From: an uncultured Muribaculaceae bacterium
GTDB lineage: Bacteria > Bacillota_I > Bacilli_A > RF39 > UBA660
Direction of reading: 5' to 3'
Assembly (NCBI GenBank): GCA_964423215.1
Contig: CAYRDW010000002.1
Coordinates: forward strand, 1-32,673
Length of the DNA: 32,673 nt
Of the stretch, positions 1-9,119 are shown in pieces (within the stretch, counting starts at the first letter, position 1; every line of letters starts with the position of its first letter). The notes under the pieces were generated by a model. It saw only the letters and a program-made list of their open reading frames with translations. It was not told where the DNA came from and did not search any database. The position numbers and the translations under genes were made by a program.

Positions 1-372
1 GTTACAGATTTTGGGGCAATGTTAGATGCAATTGCGGATAAAGTACTAGTTAATCCAATTTTAATTATTTTTGCAGCTGAAGGACTAATTCATCCGATAG
101 TACCGGTTATTGTGGTTGTTCGTGATATCGTTGTTAATGCAATTAAAATGGAAGCAGCAGCTAAAGGTAAAGTAGTTTCGGCTATCAATTCCGGAAAAAT
201 AAAAACAGCAGCGTTGATGATTGGTATGTCATTAGTATTCTTTGCTAATATGCCATTTGAGATGATTGGAATTAGGGTTGATTTATTCTTATTATATTTC
301 GCAACTATTATGTCATTAGTGTCAATGGTTCAGTATTTTGTAATTAATAAGGGAATTGTTTTTGGAAAATAA
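1..372 (+). CDS. pgsA: CDP-diacylglycerol--glycerol-3-phosphate 3-phosphatidyltransferase, 3' part (5' end outside the window)
   Basis: Frame 1 is open from nt 1 (VTDFGAMLDAIADK...). This is the C-terminal half of the CDP-alcohol phosphatidyltransferase motif (G-x3-D-x3-D-K), followed by hydrophobic TM segments. pgsA upstream of recA is a common Firmicute arrangement. Confidence 0.85.
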   Translation, partial: VTDFGAMLDAIADKVLVNPILIIFAAEGLIHPIVPVIVVVRDIVVNAIKMEAAAKGKVVSAINSGKIKTAALMIGMSLVFFANMPFEMIGIRVDLFLLYFATIMSLVSMVQYFVINKGIVFGK

Positions 373-391
373 AACAATATAAAGAATAAAA

Positions 392-424
392 AAGGGAATT
401 TTTAGTAATAGAATTCTCTTTTTG
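392..424 (+). terminator. Rho-independent terminator after pgsA
   Basis: Stem AGGGAATT (393-400) pairs with AATTCTCT (412-419), one G-U pair, then a T-run. Confidence 0.5.
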
Positions 425-475
425 TCTGCGTAAAATTGGTAGAAAATGTAATAAAACATTTGTTTGATAAAAGTG

Positions 476-504
476 TTGATTTTTTTAAAATTATAGGGTA
501 TGAT
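476..504 (+). promoter_or_regulatory. Candidate sigma-A promoter of recA (TTGATT-17-TATGAT)
   Basis: Hexamers at 476-481 and 499-504 with a 17-nt spacer, about 30 nt upstream of the recA RBS. Confidence 0.35.
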
Positions 505-533
505 TATATTGTTGATATAACATAGGAGGAATT

Positions 534-1547
534 ATGAGTAAAAATGATAGTAAGGATTTAGCCTTAGAAAAGGTACTTAATGATATTGAAAAACAATTTG
601 GAAAAGGTTCCATTATGAAACTTGGGGATAATAAACATCTTGAACTTGATGTTACACCTAGTGGTAGTTTATCTTTAGATATTGCTTTAGGTGTTGGTGG
701 ATATCCAAAGGGGAGAATTGTAGAAATATATGGGCCAGAATCAAGTGGTAAGACAACCTTTGCACTACATGCTATTGCGGAAGTACAAAAGAGTGGCGGA
801 AGAGCAGCTTTTATTGATGCTGAGCATGCCCTTGATCCAGCTTATGCTAAAAACTTAGGAGTTAATATTAATGAGTTATTACTTGCTCAACCTGATACTG
901 GAGAACAGGGATTAGAGATATGTGAAGCTTTAGTTCGTAGTGAAGCGGTTAATATCGTAGTAATCGATAGTGTGGCGGCTTTAGTACCACAAGCTGAAAT
1001 TGATGGCGATATGGGTGATTCACATATTGGATTACAAGCTAGATTAATGAGTCAGGCACTTCGTAAACTTTCTGGTACAATTAGTAAAACTAAAACAACT
1101 GCTATTTTCATTAATCAATTACGTGAAAAGGTGGGAATAATGTTTGGTAATCCTGAAACTACACCAGGAGGAAGAGCTTTGAAGTTTTACTCAACAATTC
1201 GCTTAGATGTGCGTCGTAATGAAGCTTTAAAAATGGGCGATGGTATTGTTGGAAATAAAACAACAGTAAAAGTGGTTAAGAATAAAGTGGCTCCACCATT
1301 TAAACTTGCGGTAGTTGATATTATGTATGGTGAGGGTGTAAGCCGTGAGGGAGAACTTATTGATTTGGCTAGTGAATGTGGGGTATTAGAAAAAAGTGGT
1401 TCTTGGTATGCCTATAATGGTGAAAAATTAGGTCAAGGTAAAGAAAATGTTAAATTATTCTTGAAAGATCATGTTGATATAGCAATAGAATTAGAGAAAA
1501 AAGTTCGTGATTATTATGGAATTAAAATCGATAAGAAAGACAAATAG
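534..1547 (+). CDS. recA: Recombinase RecA
   Basis: 337 aa with Walker [10 protein letters not shown], the FIDAEHALD motif and the L2 loop GNPETTPGG. Strong RBS AGGAGG 7 nt upstream of the ATG. Confidence 0.98.
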   Translation: MSKNDSKDLALEKVLNDIEKQFGKGSIMKLGDNKHLELDVTPSGSLSLDIALGVGGYPKGRIVEIYGPESSGKTTFALHAIAEVQKSGGRAAFIDAEHALDPAYAKNLGVNINELLLAQPDTGEQGLEICEALVRSEAVNIVVIDSVAALVPQAEIDGDMGDSHIGLQARLMSQALRKLSGTISKTKTTAIFINQLREKVGIMFGNPETTPGGRALKFYSTIRLDVRRNEALKMGDGIVGNKTTVKVVKNKVAPPFKLAVVDIMYGEGVSREGELIDLASECGVLEKSGSWYAYNGEKLGQGKENVKLFLKDHVDIAIELEKKVRDYYGIKIDKKDK

Positions 1548-1559
1548 TCTTTCTTTTTT
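1533..1559 (+). terminator. Rho-independent terminator of recA
   Basis: Perfect 9-bp stem AAGAAAGAC/GTCTTTCTT with a 5-nt loop overlapping the stop codon, then a T-run. Confidence 0.7.
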
Positions 1560-1630
1560 GATTTACTTTATTTATAAAAAAGGTTAAACTTGTTATAGTA
1601 TAGTATATACTTATCTTGAGGAGTGATCTT

Positions 1631-2413
1631 GTGAATAATATTTTAGTATTGTCTGTCTTTAACTCGTTTAGTTTTGGTTCATTAATTATCTTTTTATTGG
1701 TAATCATATTTACTGAGTTTTGTGTTTTATGTTATTTTGTTTCTAATATTAAGGATTTATTTAGTGGGATAATAAAATTAAGAGAATTTAATGATACTGA
1801 TATTTCTTATGATAAGAAAGCAAATAAAACTAAAGTTAATTTGTCTTATAATTCTAAGAAGAATATTGATGATAATATTGAAGTAGATAATAATCAGATT
1901 TTACTAGATTTTGATCCTGATTTTAAACTTGATTTATTTTATCATCAAATTTATGATATATATACAAAGATAGCAGAACATTATTCTAATGATACTATTA
2001 GGGATGTTTCTTCATTAATGACAAATGATTTGTTTAAGAAGAATATTAGGCAATTAGATTCTTTTCGTAAAAGAAATCTTAGACATATTGTTAAAGTAGA
2101 TGACTATTTAAAGTGTAGTATTATGGATGTTAGAGTAGTTGATGAAGAAGTTTTTGTTAAAGTGGAATTAGAACTTAGTTGTTATGATTATATAATTCGT
2201 AATATTAATCAGAAAATTTATCAAGGTGTTAGTGATAAACCTCTTCACTGTATTTATCATTTGGTTTTGAAAAAGAAAGCTAAAAGTAATAGGGTAACTT
2301 CTAATCCATTAACTGATCAATTATTAGGACCAACATTTGATAGTCAAAAAGAAAACAATGAGAAATGGGTTTTGGTAGATAATAATATTGCTCATAGACG
2401 TAGTTATAAATAA
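1631..2413 (+). CDS. Membrane protein with a Tim44-like C-terminal domain (function unknown)
   Basis: The ORF-track start TTG 1616 lies inside the likely RBS GAGGAG (1618-1623); GTG 1631 is better placed. There is an N-terminal TM region (LVLSVFNSFSFGSLIIFLLVIIF). The C-terminal pattern FD..F......Y..I......D...L..LMT..LF......L, ending in W.L, resembles bacterial Tim44-like domain proteins. Confidence 0.55.
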   Translation: MNNILVLSVFNSFSFGSLIIFLLVIIFTEFCVLCYFVSNIKDLFSGIIKLREFNDTDISYDKKANKTKVNLSYNSKKNIDDNIEVDNNQILLDFDPDFKLDLFYHQIYDIYTKIAEHYSNDTIRDVSSLMTNDLFKKNIRQLDSFRKRNLRHIVKVDDYLKCSIMDVRVVDEEVFVKVELELSCYDYIIRNINQKIYQGVSDKPLHCIYHLVLKKKAKSNRVTSNPLTDQLLGPTFDSQKENNEKWVLVDNNIAHRRSYK

Positions 2414-2422
2414 TGGTTTATT

Positions 2423-2445
2423 AAGGCCCCTTTGGGGCTTTTTGA
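2423..2445 (+). terminator. Rho-independent terminator
   Basis: AAGGCCCC-TTT-GGGGCTTT hairpin followed by a T-run. Confidence 0.65.
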
Positions 2446-2457
2446 TTGATAAAAACC

Positions 2458-2486
2458 TTGACTTCTTTTAGGAATAAACTTACAAT
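2458..2486 (+). promoter_or_regulatory. Candidate sigma-A promoter of rny (TTGACT-17-TACAAT)
   Basis: Hexamers at 2458-2463 and 2481-2486 with an exact 17-nt spacer. Confidence 0.45.
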
Positions 2487-2541
2487 AGAATTAGATGTTA
2501 TGATTTAATGAATTGTACATATATGAAATGGAGGTGTGGAC

Positions 2542-4095
2542 ATGGATCCAATATTATTCTCCGTTTTACTAGTCGTAGTTGGATTGATTTTAGGATATAT
2601 TTTAAATATGATTGTTAATTCCTTTCGTCAAAAGAATGCTTCTAAAAAAGTGGAGGCGTTATTAGAAAAATCTAGAAAAGATGTTGAAAGAACTAAAAGA
2701 GAGTCGATTCTAGAAACTAAGGAAGAAATACATAAATTAAAATTAGAGTATGATAAAGAACTAAAAGAAAAGAAAATGGAACTGAAAGAGTCTGAAGATA
2801 GACTTATGCAACGAGAAAGAAACATGGATAAGCGTGATGAACTATATCAAAAAAGGGAAACTACGCTTGATGAGAGAGAAAATAAGTTATTTGAAAAACA
2901 GAAGGAAATCCAAGATGACCAAGTAAAGGTGGAAGAAATTAAACAACAACAGTTAGATTTATTACATGAAATATCAGGAATTAGTCGTGATAAAGCTGAA
3001 GATATGGTTATGTCTAAAGTAAAAGATGCTATGTCGAAAGAAATTTCTGCTTTCATCAAAGAAAGTGAAAATGAAGCTAAGTTAGAGGTTGATAAAAAGG
3101 CTAAGGAACTTATTGTTAGTTCAATGCAGAAGTTTGCAGCAGATATTGCTAACGAACAAACTGTAACGGTAGTTAACTTACCTAATGATGATTTAAAGGG
3201 ACGAATAATCGGCCGTGAAGGTAGAAATATTCGTACTATAGAAGCTATCACAGGGGTAGATTTAATTATCGATGATACTCCAGAAGCAGTAGTGTTATCT
3301 AGTTTTGATCCTCTACGTAGGGAAATAGCTAGAGTTACTCTAGAAACACTGTTAAAGGATGGTAGAATTCATCCAACACGTATCGAAGAGTTATATGATA
3401 AAGTTAGTAAAGATATGAAATCTAAGATTATGGAATATGGTAATAATGCTTTATTCGAACTAGGACTTACTAAAGTAGATCCAGAATTAGTTGAAATAAT
3501 AGGTAAGTTACATTTTAGAACTAGCTATGGTCAAAATGCTCTTCAACATTCAATGGAAGTAGCTCATTTGGCAGGAGTACTTGCGGGTGAGATTGGTGAG
3601 AATGTGATGTTAGCTAAACGAGCAGGACTTTTACATGATATTGGGAAAGCAATCGATCATGAAATTGAAGGAAGTCACGTTGAAATCGGAGTTGATTTAG
3701 CTAAAAGATATCATGAAAGTGATATAGTAATTAACTCAATAGGATCTCATCATGGTGATACGGAAGCTACAAGTGTTATTTCAGTATTAGTAGCAGTTGC
3801 GGATGCATTATCGGCATCAAGACCAGGAGCTAGAAATGATTCTTTAGAGAATTATATTAAGCGTCTTGAACAGTTAGAAGCTATTGGAAATGATATTGAT
3901 GGTGTTGATAAAACATTTGCAGTTCAGGCAGGTCGTGAACTTCGTGTTATTGTTAAACCAGAACAAGTTGATGATTTAACTTCTCATAAATTAGCACGTG
4001 ATATTAAAGAGAAAATAGAAAGTACAATGCAATATCCGGGTACAATTAAAGTAACGGTTATTCGTGAAATAAGAGCGCAAGAAGAGGCAAGATAA
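2542..4095 (+). CDS. rny: Ribonuclease Y
   Basis: N-terminal TM helix, long charged coiled coil, KH domain ([15 protein letters not shown]) and HD domain (LLHDIGKA...GSHH). RBS GGAGG at 2530-2534 favours ATG 2542 over the track's GTG 2536. Confidence 0.95.
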   Translation: MDPILFSVLLVVVGLILGYILNMIVNSFRQKNASKKVEALLEKSRKDVERTKRESILETKEEIHKLKLEYDKELKEKKMELKESEDRLMQRERNMDKRDELYQKRETTLDERENKLFEKQKEIQDDQVKVEEIKQQQLDLLHEISGISRDKAEDMVMSKVKDAMSKEISAFIKESENEAKLEVDKKAKELIVSSMQKFAADIANEQTVTVVNLPNDDLKGRIIGREGRNIRTIEAITGVDLIIDDTPEAVVLSSFDPLRREIARVTLETLLKDGRIHPTRIEELYDKVSKDMKSKIMEYGNNALFELGLTKVDPELVEIIGKLHFRTSYGQNALQHSMEVAHLAGVLAGEIGENVMLAKRAGLLHDIGKAIDHEIEGSHVEIGVDLAKRYHESDIVINSIGSHHGDTEATSVISVLVAVADALSASRPGARNDSLENYIKRLEQLEAIGNDIDGVDKTFAVQAGRELRVIVKPEQVDDLTSHKLARDIKEKIESTMQYPGTIKVTVIREIRAQEEAR

Positions 4096-4112
4096 TTGCT
4101 TCTTTTTCTTTT
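4084..4112 (+). terminator. Rho-independent terminator of rny
   Basis: 7-bp stem (4084-4090 with 4096-4102, one G-U). The loop contains the stop codon. A T-rich tract follows. Confidence 0.5.
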
Positions 4113-4138
4113 ACATTTTTTTAGTTATATGGTATATT
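4110..4138 (+). promoter_or_regulatory. Candidate promoter, TTTACA-17-TATATT with an extended -10 TG
   Basis: -35 at 4110-4115. TGg plus TATATT at 4130-4138. About 28 nt upstream of the TTG start at 4166. Confidence 0.4.
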
Positions 4139-4165
4139 TATAATAGATTGTGGAGCGTGATTTAA

Positions 4166-5041
4166 TTGTATAGTGAAGAACAGGCTTTAAGAAAAGTTAT
4201 AAATCGTAGAAAAAAACATATCGTTATTTTAATTATGATTGTTTGTGTATTATTAATTATGGTACTAGGTGTATCTTTATATTTTTATATGGCAAATTTG
4301 CCATTAATAAATATTCCTATGGTAAGTCTTTCAACTGAAGACTGGACTAGGGAGAATATAGTACTATATGTTGATAGTGATCAGAATAAAATTAAAACTT
4401 ATTCTTTTGATGGAGGAAAAACTTGGCAAACTAATCGTTCAATAACAGTAACTGAAAACGGTGAATATACGATTCAAGTAATGGATATTAATGATAAACT
4501 TAGTAAGAGTACTTTTGTTTCGATTACTAATATTGATAGAGAACCGCCAGTATTAGTTTTTGAAAATTCTACTACGGTACAAATGGGATCTAATTTCTCA
4601 GTTCGTAATGGAGTACAAGCTACTGATAAAGAATCAGGTATTAGTAATAATTATACAGTTGTACCTGATAACATTGATATGAGTGTTGAAGGAGAGTATA
4701 ATTTAACTTATTCAGTTTTTGATAAAGCTGGTAACTTTGTTGAAAAAACGCGTACTATTATCGTTAAAGATATTAAGGGAAGAACTTATTATCGATCACG
4801 AAAGGTAACGACAAGTAATTATAAGTGTGAGCCATATTTATGTAATTGTGTAACTTCTAGTGCGATAGTAGAAGTAGGTAGTTGTCCGACTGGTTATACA
4901 CTTAATGATGAAAAACAATGTTGCCAAACATGTTATAAAACATGTCAGAGTAAAACTTATAGTGATTGGAGCGATTGGCAACAGAAAAAGATAGTAGCCA
5001 ATGCTAATACTGAAGTAGAAACAATTATAGTTGAGGATTAG
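4166..5041 (+). CDS. Signal-anchored surface protein: two Ig-like/DUF5011-like domains plus a Cys-rich C-terminal module (paralogue 1)
   Basis: TTG start with RBS TGGAG; the N-terminus MYSEEQ parallels MYTEED of the downstream paralogue. One TM helix. The motif SLSTEDWT..NIVL.V....YSFDGGKTW and the DUF5011-like segment VEGEYNLTYSVFDKAGNFVEKTRTIIVKD are present. There are 8 Cys in the last 73 aa. Confidence 0.75.
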   Translation: MYSEEQALRKVINRRKKHIVILIMIVCVLLIMVLGVSLYFYMANLPLINIPMVSLSTEDWTRENIVLYVDSDQNKIKTYSFDGGKTWQTNRSITVTENGEYTIQVMDINDKLSKSTFVSITNIDREPPVLVFENSTTVQMGSNFSVRNGVQATDKESGISNNYTVVPDNIDMSVEGEYNLTYSVFDKAGNFVEKTRTIIVKDIKGRTYYRSRKVTTSNYKCEPYLCNCVTSSAIVEVGSCPTGYTLNDEKQCCQTCYKTCQSKTYSDWSDWQQKKIVANANTEVETIIVED

Positions 5042-5051
5042 GGGGAATAGT

Positions 5052-6041
5052 ATGTATACAGAAGAAGATCAGTATGATGTTAAGTTTGATTCTCCTAAAC
5101 AGAAACAGGAGGATAAAAAACTAATTACGATGTTATTGATTGTTTTTGGTTTAATATTTATAGTAATTATTACGATTATTGTTTGTATTAATGTGTTTAG
5201 TAATAAAGTCTTTTTACCAGTAGTTTCTTTATCAACAAGTAATTGGACTAATAGTAATGTAGTTTTAACTGTTGATACTAATAATGATAAAAATATTAAT
5301 TTTTCATTTGATGGTGGTAAAACTTGGACTGATCAAAATAGTTTTACAGTAGAAGAAAATATGGATGTAGTTGTAATGGTTAAAAATAAAAAAGGAAAGA
5401 CAAGTAAAAAGGCGACAATTACAATTCAAAATATTGATAAAGAAGGACCAATTGTTAATTTTGTTGATCCACTATACATTCAAAGAGGTGAAGATTTTCA
5501 AAGTGATTTGAATAGTATAATGATCGATAGTGGTTCGGGAGTTAAGGATTATACAGTTGAACCACCAACTATTGATACTTCAGTTGATGGTGAATACCAA
5601 ATTGTATATAAAGTAAATGATCTAGTAGGGAATATAACAGAAAAAAATAGAACGGTTAGAGTAGGCGACTGGACAGGATTAACTTATTATTATCGTTCAC
5701 GTACGGTTGAATTAGAAAATTATCAGTGTGAACCATATGAATGTAGCTGTGTAAAATGTGATACTACTACGGCTGAAGCAGTAATTAGTTGTCCGACTGG
5801 CTATGAATTATCTGGTAATAAGTGTTTATTTGGTGATGATATTGCAGCGGTTCTTGTTTCATGTCCGAGTGGATATACTTTGTATTCTGGTACAACCTGT
5901 AAGGCAATTAAAAATACAGGACAGTGCTGTAAAACATGTTATAGAACTTGTCAAAGGGAGAAACATGGTGAATGGAATGACTGGACTACAACGGAATTAA
6001 AACCAGGTTCTAAGATACAAGTTGAATCTAAAGTAGAATAA
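5052..6041 (+). CDS. Signal-anchored surface protein, paralogue 2, with an expanded Cys-rich module
   Basis: ATG 5052 follows RBS AGGGGG; the track's TTG 5031 overlaps the upstream gene. Same architecture as 4166-5041 (SLSTSNWTNSNVVLTV...FSFDGGKTW; VDGEYQIVYKVNDLVGNITEKNRTVRV). There are 12 Cys in the tail, with a duplicated SCP[TS]GY unit. Confidence 0.75.
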   Translation: MYTEEDQYDVKFDSPKQKQEDKKLITMLLIVFGLIFIVIITIIVCINVFSNKVFLPVVSLSTSNWTNSNVVLTVDTNNDKNINFSFDGGKTWTDQNSFTVEENMDVVVMVKNKKGKTSKKATITIQNIDKEGPIVNFVDPLYIQRGEDFQSDLNSIMIDSGSGVKDYTVEPPTIDTSVDGEYQIVYKVNDLVGNITEKNRTVRVGDWTGLTYYYRSRTVELENYQCEPYECSCVKCDTTTAEAVISCPTGYELSGNKCLFGDDIAAVLVSCPSGYTLYSGTTCKAIKNTGQCCKTCYRTCQREKHGEWNDWTTTELKPGSKIQVESKVE

Positions 6042-6065
6042 AAAGAATGCAAATTGCATTCTTTT
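6041..6065. terminator. Bidirectional terminator shared by the convergent Cys-rich gene and rnj
   Basis: Perfect 11-bp stem AAAAGAATGCA/TGCATTCTTTT with a 3-nt loop. A-run and T-run arms give a U-tract in both orientations. Confidence 0.7.
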
Positions 6066-7746
6066 AGTTTTTCTTAATATCAATAATTACTGGCATAATA
6101 ATTGGTCTTCTTCCGGTTAGTTTCTCAATATGACCAATTAATTCACTGATAATTTTAGATTTAATTTCATTAATTGTATCTTTACTATTTTGTAAACGAT
6201 CATTTATAATATTTTCACTTATAGATTCAATTTGTCTTATTAATTGTTCGTTTTCATTTACTAAGATAAATCCTCTGGTAGTAATATTTGGTTTAATAAG
6301 TAGTTTTCTACTTTCTAAGTTAACATTAGCGATTACTACTAGTATTCCATCATTAGCCATCATCTTACGATCTTTTATAACAACACTTCCAACTTCACCA
6401 ATACGATTACCATCAACATATATATCATCACCTGATACGCTTTCAGTTGATTTAGTAATTATATGGTTTTCCATTGTAAGAATGTTACCGTTTTCTAAGA
6501 CAAAAGTATTTTCTTTAGGTAATCCACAATCAATAGCGATATTAGCATGCTTCTTTAACATACGATAATCACCATGAAAGGGCATAAGATACTTTGGTAA
6601 AAGCAAACGAATCATCAGTTTTAATTCTTCTTCGTTAGCATGACCTGAAGTATGTATTTCATTTAAAGAAGTATTAGTAAATACTTTTACTCCTTTAAGA
6701 TATAGTTTATTAATCGTTCTGGCGATACTTAGTGCATTACCTGGAATAGCTGATGATGAGAAGATAACGATATCTTCTGGTCTTAGAGAAATTTGTCTAT
6801 GAGTTCCCTCAGATATTCTTGATAGAGCTGCTAACGGTTCACCTTGTGAACCAGTACATAGAATAGCTACTTCACTAGGTTTTAAACGATTAGCTTCTTC
6901 AGCAGTGATTAGTAATTCTTTGTGATCTATGTAGCCACCTTTAATAGAAATTTGAATATTATTATCCATACTTCTACCGAAAACACAAATCTTACGATTA
7001 TGTTTATAACAGGTTTCTACGATATGTTTTAAACGATAAATATTAGATGCAAAGGTCGCAATAATAATACGATTATTTGCATATTTGTCAAAAATATTAG
7101 TTAAAGCATTATCTACTTTTGATTCACTAATTGACATACCATCATTTAAGGCATTAGTTGAATCACTAATTAGTAAGTCGACACCTTTTTTACCTAACTC
7201 TGCCATTTTATGAATGTCAGCCATTGGTCCAATTGGTGTTAAATCGAACTTGAAGTCACCAGTAGTGACAACCGTTCCATTAGGTGTTTTTAGGTAAATC
7301 CCATGGGAATCGGGAATCGAATGCGTAGTTCTAAAAAATTCTATTTCGAAATGTTTAAACTTCAAGATAGTTTGATCATTGTAGGCATACAAATTATCAT
7401 AACGAATATTTCTACCTTCTAATTTTAAAGCTATTAATTCTTTAGCTTGATTAGGAGCATAGATAGCTGGTATATTTACTGTTTGTAGTAAAAAAGGTAT
7501 ACCACCAATATGATCTTCATGACCATGCGTAATGATTAAAGCCTTAATCTTATCTTGATTTTCTTTTAAAAATGTATAGTCTGGAATGACATAATCAATT
7601 CCTAAAAGTTCTCCCTCTGGAAAACTAATCCCCGCATCAATAATAATAATTTCATTTTCATGCATTAAACAATACATGTTTTTCCCAACTTCACCTAAAC
7701 CACCTAAAACAATAACTTTTGTTTTACTTGGTTTATTAATTTTCAT
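6064..7746 (-). CDS. rnj: Ribonuclease J (metallo-beta-lactamase/beta-CASP)
   Basis: Motif ITHGHEDHIGG and the beta-CASP region (SGHA). The second ATG (7746) sits 7 nt after RBS AAAGGAG, so the track's start at 7761 is 5 codons too long. Confidence 0.95.
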   Translation of the reverse strand: MKINKPSKTKVIVLGGLGEVGKNMYCLMHENEIIIIDAGISFPEGELLGIDYVIPDYTFLKENQDKIKALIITHGHEDHIGGIPFLLQTVNIPAIYAPNQAKELIALKLEGRNIRYDNLYAYNDQTILKFKHFEIEFFRTTHSIPDSHGIYLKTPNGTVVTTGDFKFDLTPIGPMADIHKMAELGKKGVDLLISDSTNALNDGMSISESKVDNALTNIFDKYANNRIIIATFASNIYRLKHIVETCYKHNRKICVFGRSMDNNIQISIKGGYIDHKELLITAEEANRLKPSEVAILCTGSQGEPLAALSRISEGTHRQISLRPEDIVIFSSSAIPGNALSIARTINKLYLKGVKVFTNTSLNEIHTSGHANEEELKLMIRLLLPKYLMPFHGDYRMLKKHANIAIDCGLPKENTFVLENGNILTMENHIITKSTESVSGDDIYVDGNRIGEVGSVVIKDRKMMANDGILVVIANVNLESRKLLIKPNITTRGFILVNENEQLIRQIESISENIINDRLQNSKDTINEIKSKIISELIGHIEKLTGRRPIIMPVIIDIKKN

Positions 7747-7796
7747 TTTAACTCCTTTCATAAGTTAATTTTTGATATAAAGAACTAACCGATAAA

Positions 7797-7825
7797 ATTA
7801 TACTATTTTTTTAGTCTTTTGTCTA
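7797..7825 (-). promoter_or_regulatory. Candidate sigma-A promoter of rnj (TAGACA-17-TATAAT on the minus strand)
   Basis: The reverse complement of 7820-7825 is TAGACA and of 7797-7802 is TATAAT, with a 17-nt spacer. Confidence 0.4.
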
Positions 7826-7865
7826 TCCTTTAAGATGATTAGAAATAATTACTAAGTGATATGAC

Positions 7866-7890
7866 ATAAAAAAAGACCAGGTATGGTCTT
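7866..7890 (-). terminator. Rho-independent terminator of prsA
   Basis: Stem AAGACCA/TGGTCTT (7873-7879 with 7884-7890). The plus-strand A-run gives a U-tract on the minus-strand transcript. It lies immediately after the prsA stop. Confidence 0.6.
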
Positions 7891-8877
7891 CTAACTTTCA
7901 GTTGATGAAGCACTATTTTTAGCATTGGTTAAGTATGTTTCATATTGTGTTTTTAAATTCTTATCTTGGATATTTATTTTATAATCTTTTCTTAACTCTT
8001 CTAAAGCAGTAATCTGCACAGTAGAATCATCATTAACTTTCTTTTTAGCTATTTCTTCAATGATATCATCTTTTACTAGTTTTAATTCAGGTTTGTCTTT
8101 TTGACTAACTTTTAAAATAATATGATATCCATATGATGTTTTAACTGGTTCAGTTGTATATTTACCAGTTTCTAGATTCTTAGCTGCTTTTTCAAATTCT
8201 TCAGTCATTGATCCGTGTGTAAAGGGATCTAATAAACCGCCTTTAGAAGCATTTGATTCATCACCAGAATTTTCTTTAGCTAATGTTTCAAAGTTTTCAC
8301 CATTTTTAAGTTTAGTAATAATTTCTTTAGCTTTCTTTAAAGCTTCTTCTTCAGCAGCAGTCTTTTGACTATCAGTCATGTTAGTATTAGTATTTGGTTT
8401 GATTAAAATATGTCTAGCTGTAATGTCTCCAAAAATATCTTCTTCATATAGTTTTTCAATTTCTTTATCGGTAACACTAGCAGTAGCATAATCTTCAACA
8501 GCTTTATTTCTTTTATATTGAAGTGTTAAATACTCTTTTAAATCATTAATAGTATTAATTCCCCAAGCTGATGTAGTTTGTTCTAATAATTTAGCTTCAC
8601 TCCCAAATTGAGTAATCCAAGCTGATATTTGAGCATCTATTTCTTCTTTTTGCTCCTTTGTATCAGTATACTTTTTATTTAAGATTTGAGTATCAATCAT
8701 ATCAAGTAAAATACTTAAAGCATATTTGTCTTTCATCTCACTGTATAGAGAATCGATTGAAATATCGCCACCTTTTAAGGTAACAACAGCCTCTTCTCCA
8801 TTTTTTAAAGTTGGTATTTTACCACAACCTGTAACACATAGTAATACTATGATCATACTAATAAGTAATTTCTTCAT
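7891..8877 (-). CDS. prsA: PrsA-type foldase lipoprotein (parvulin peptidyl-prolyl isomerase)
   Basis: The true start is ATG 8877, preceded by RBS AAGGAGG. Signal peptide with lipobox MKKLLISMIIVLLCVTG-C. Parvulin core ARHILIK...GGLLDPF...YGYHII. The track's 35-codon upstream extension has no RBS. Confidence 0.9.
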   Translation of the reverse strand: MKKLLISMIIVLLCVTGCGKIPTLKNGEEAVVTLKGGDISIDSLYSEMKDKYALSILLDMIDTQILNKKYTDTKEQKEEIDAQISAWITQFGSEAKLLEQTTSAWGINTINDLKEYLTLQYKRNKAVEDYATASVTDKEIEKLYEEDIFGDITARHILIKPNTNTNMTDSQKTAAEEEALKKAKEIITKLKNGENFETLAKENSGDESNASKGGLLDPFTHGSMTEEFEKAAKNLETGKYTTEPVKTSYGYHIILKVSQKDKPELKLVKDDIIEEIAKKKVNDDSTVQITALEELRKDYKINIQDKNLKTQYETYLTNAKNSASSTES

Positions 8878-8961
8878 TTTATCCTCCTTGTAAACATTTA
8901 ATATCATACCAAATTCTAACTTAAAACACAATAATTTAGATAAAATTTGTAAATGTCTAGA

Positions 8962-8988
8962 ACCTTTTTTTAGTAAAACCATAAAATA
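8962..8988 (+). promoter_or_regulatory. SigK-like (mother-cell) promoter candidate, AC-N16-CATAAAATA
   Basis: AC at 8962-8963 and CATAAAATA at 8980-8988 match the AC-16/17-CATANNNTA consensus. They lie about 20 nt upstream of the RBS of the first tiny TM gene. Confidence 0.3.
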
Positions 8989-9021
8989 CTATGAGTAATC
9001 AAAAAAAGGAGGAATTTAATT

Positions 9022-9102
9022 ATGGGTAATTACGTATCAAGTTCCGCTATCGTATTAGTATTATTTATTTTATTAGTAATTATACTTGGTGCATGGATTT
9101 AA
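9022..9102 (+). CDS. Tiny transmembrane protein, YjcZ/TIGR01732-like (26 aa)
   Basis: MGNYVSSSAIVLVLFILLVIILGAWI, with strong RBS AAAGGAGG 8 nt upstream. Not in the ORF track because it is too short. The hydrophobic core IVLVLFILLVIILG resembles the tiny-TM sporulation peptide family. Confidence 0.6.
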   Translation: MGNYVSSSAIVLVLFILLVIILGAWI

Positions 9103-9119
9103 TGTAAGGAGGTGTATTT

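Noticed and set aside
1522-1707. 61-aa minus-strand ORF spanning the recA terminator and the start of the next gene
   Set aside because: Low-complexity AT-driven frame with no RBS. It overlaps a terminator hairpin and a better-supported plus-strand gene.
3032-3038. Second TGTCGAA (0A-box-like) heptamer
   Set aside because: It lies inside the rny coding sequence, so it is most likely a chance occurrence of a 7-mer.
2628-3251. Two minus-strand ORFs (2628-2825 and 2847-3251) inside rny
   Set aside because: They are antisense to the Lys/Glu-rich coiled-coil region of RNase Y. Their Ser/Phe/Leu-rich translation is the typical mirror artefact of AAG/GAA-rich coding sequence.
4958-4990. Thrombospondin type-1 repeat-like W-x-x-W motif (YSDWSDWQ / GEWNDWT) in the Cys-rich tails
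   Set aside because: The order of elements is reversed relative to TSR (Cys cluster first, W-x-x-W last) and the segment is too short. It is kept only as a descriptive note, not a homology claim.
5803-6000. 65-aa plus-strand ORF in an alternative frame inside the second Cys-rich gene
   Set aside because: It is fully embedded in a gene whose frame is supported by paralogy with the upstream gene, and it has no RBS.
7747-7761. Over-extended track starts (rnj 7761, prsA 8982, VanY 17229, anti-sigma 31094, paralogue 2 at 5031, and several GTG/TTG starts of sufD, sufU, sufB, pdp, licD, scpA and the sigma factor)
   Set aside because: In each case a downstream ATG or GTG lies 5-9 nt after a GGAGG-like RBS and gives an N-terminus matching the family (lipobox, conserved start). 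The extensions overlap upstream genes, promoters or terminators.
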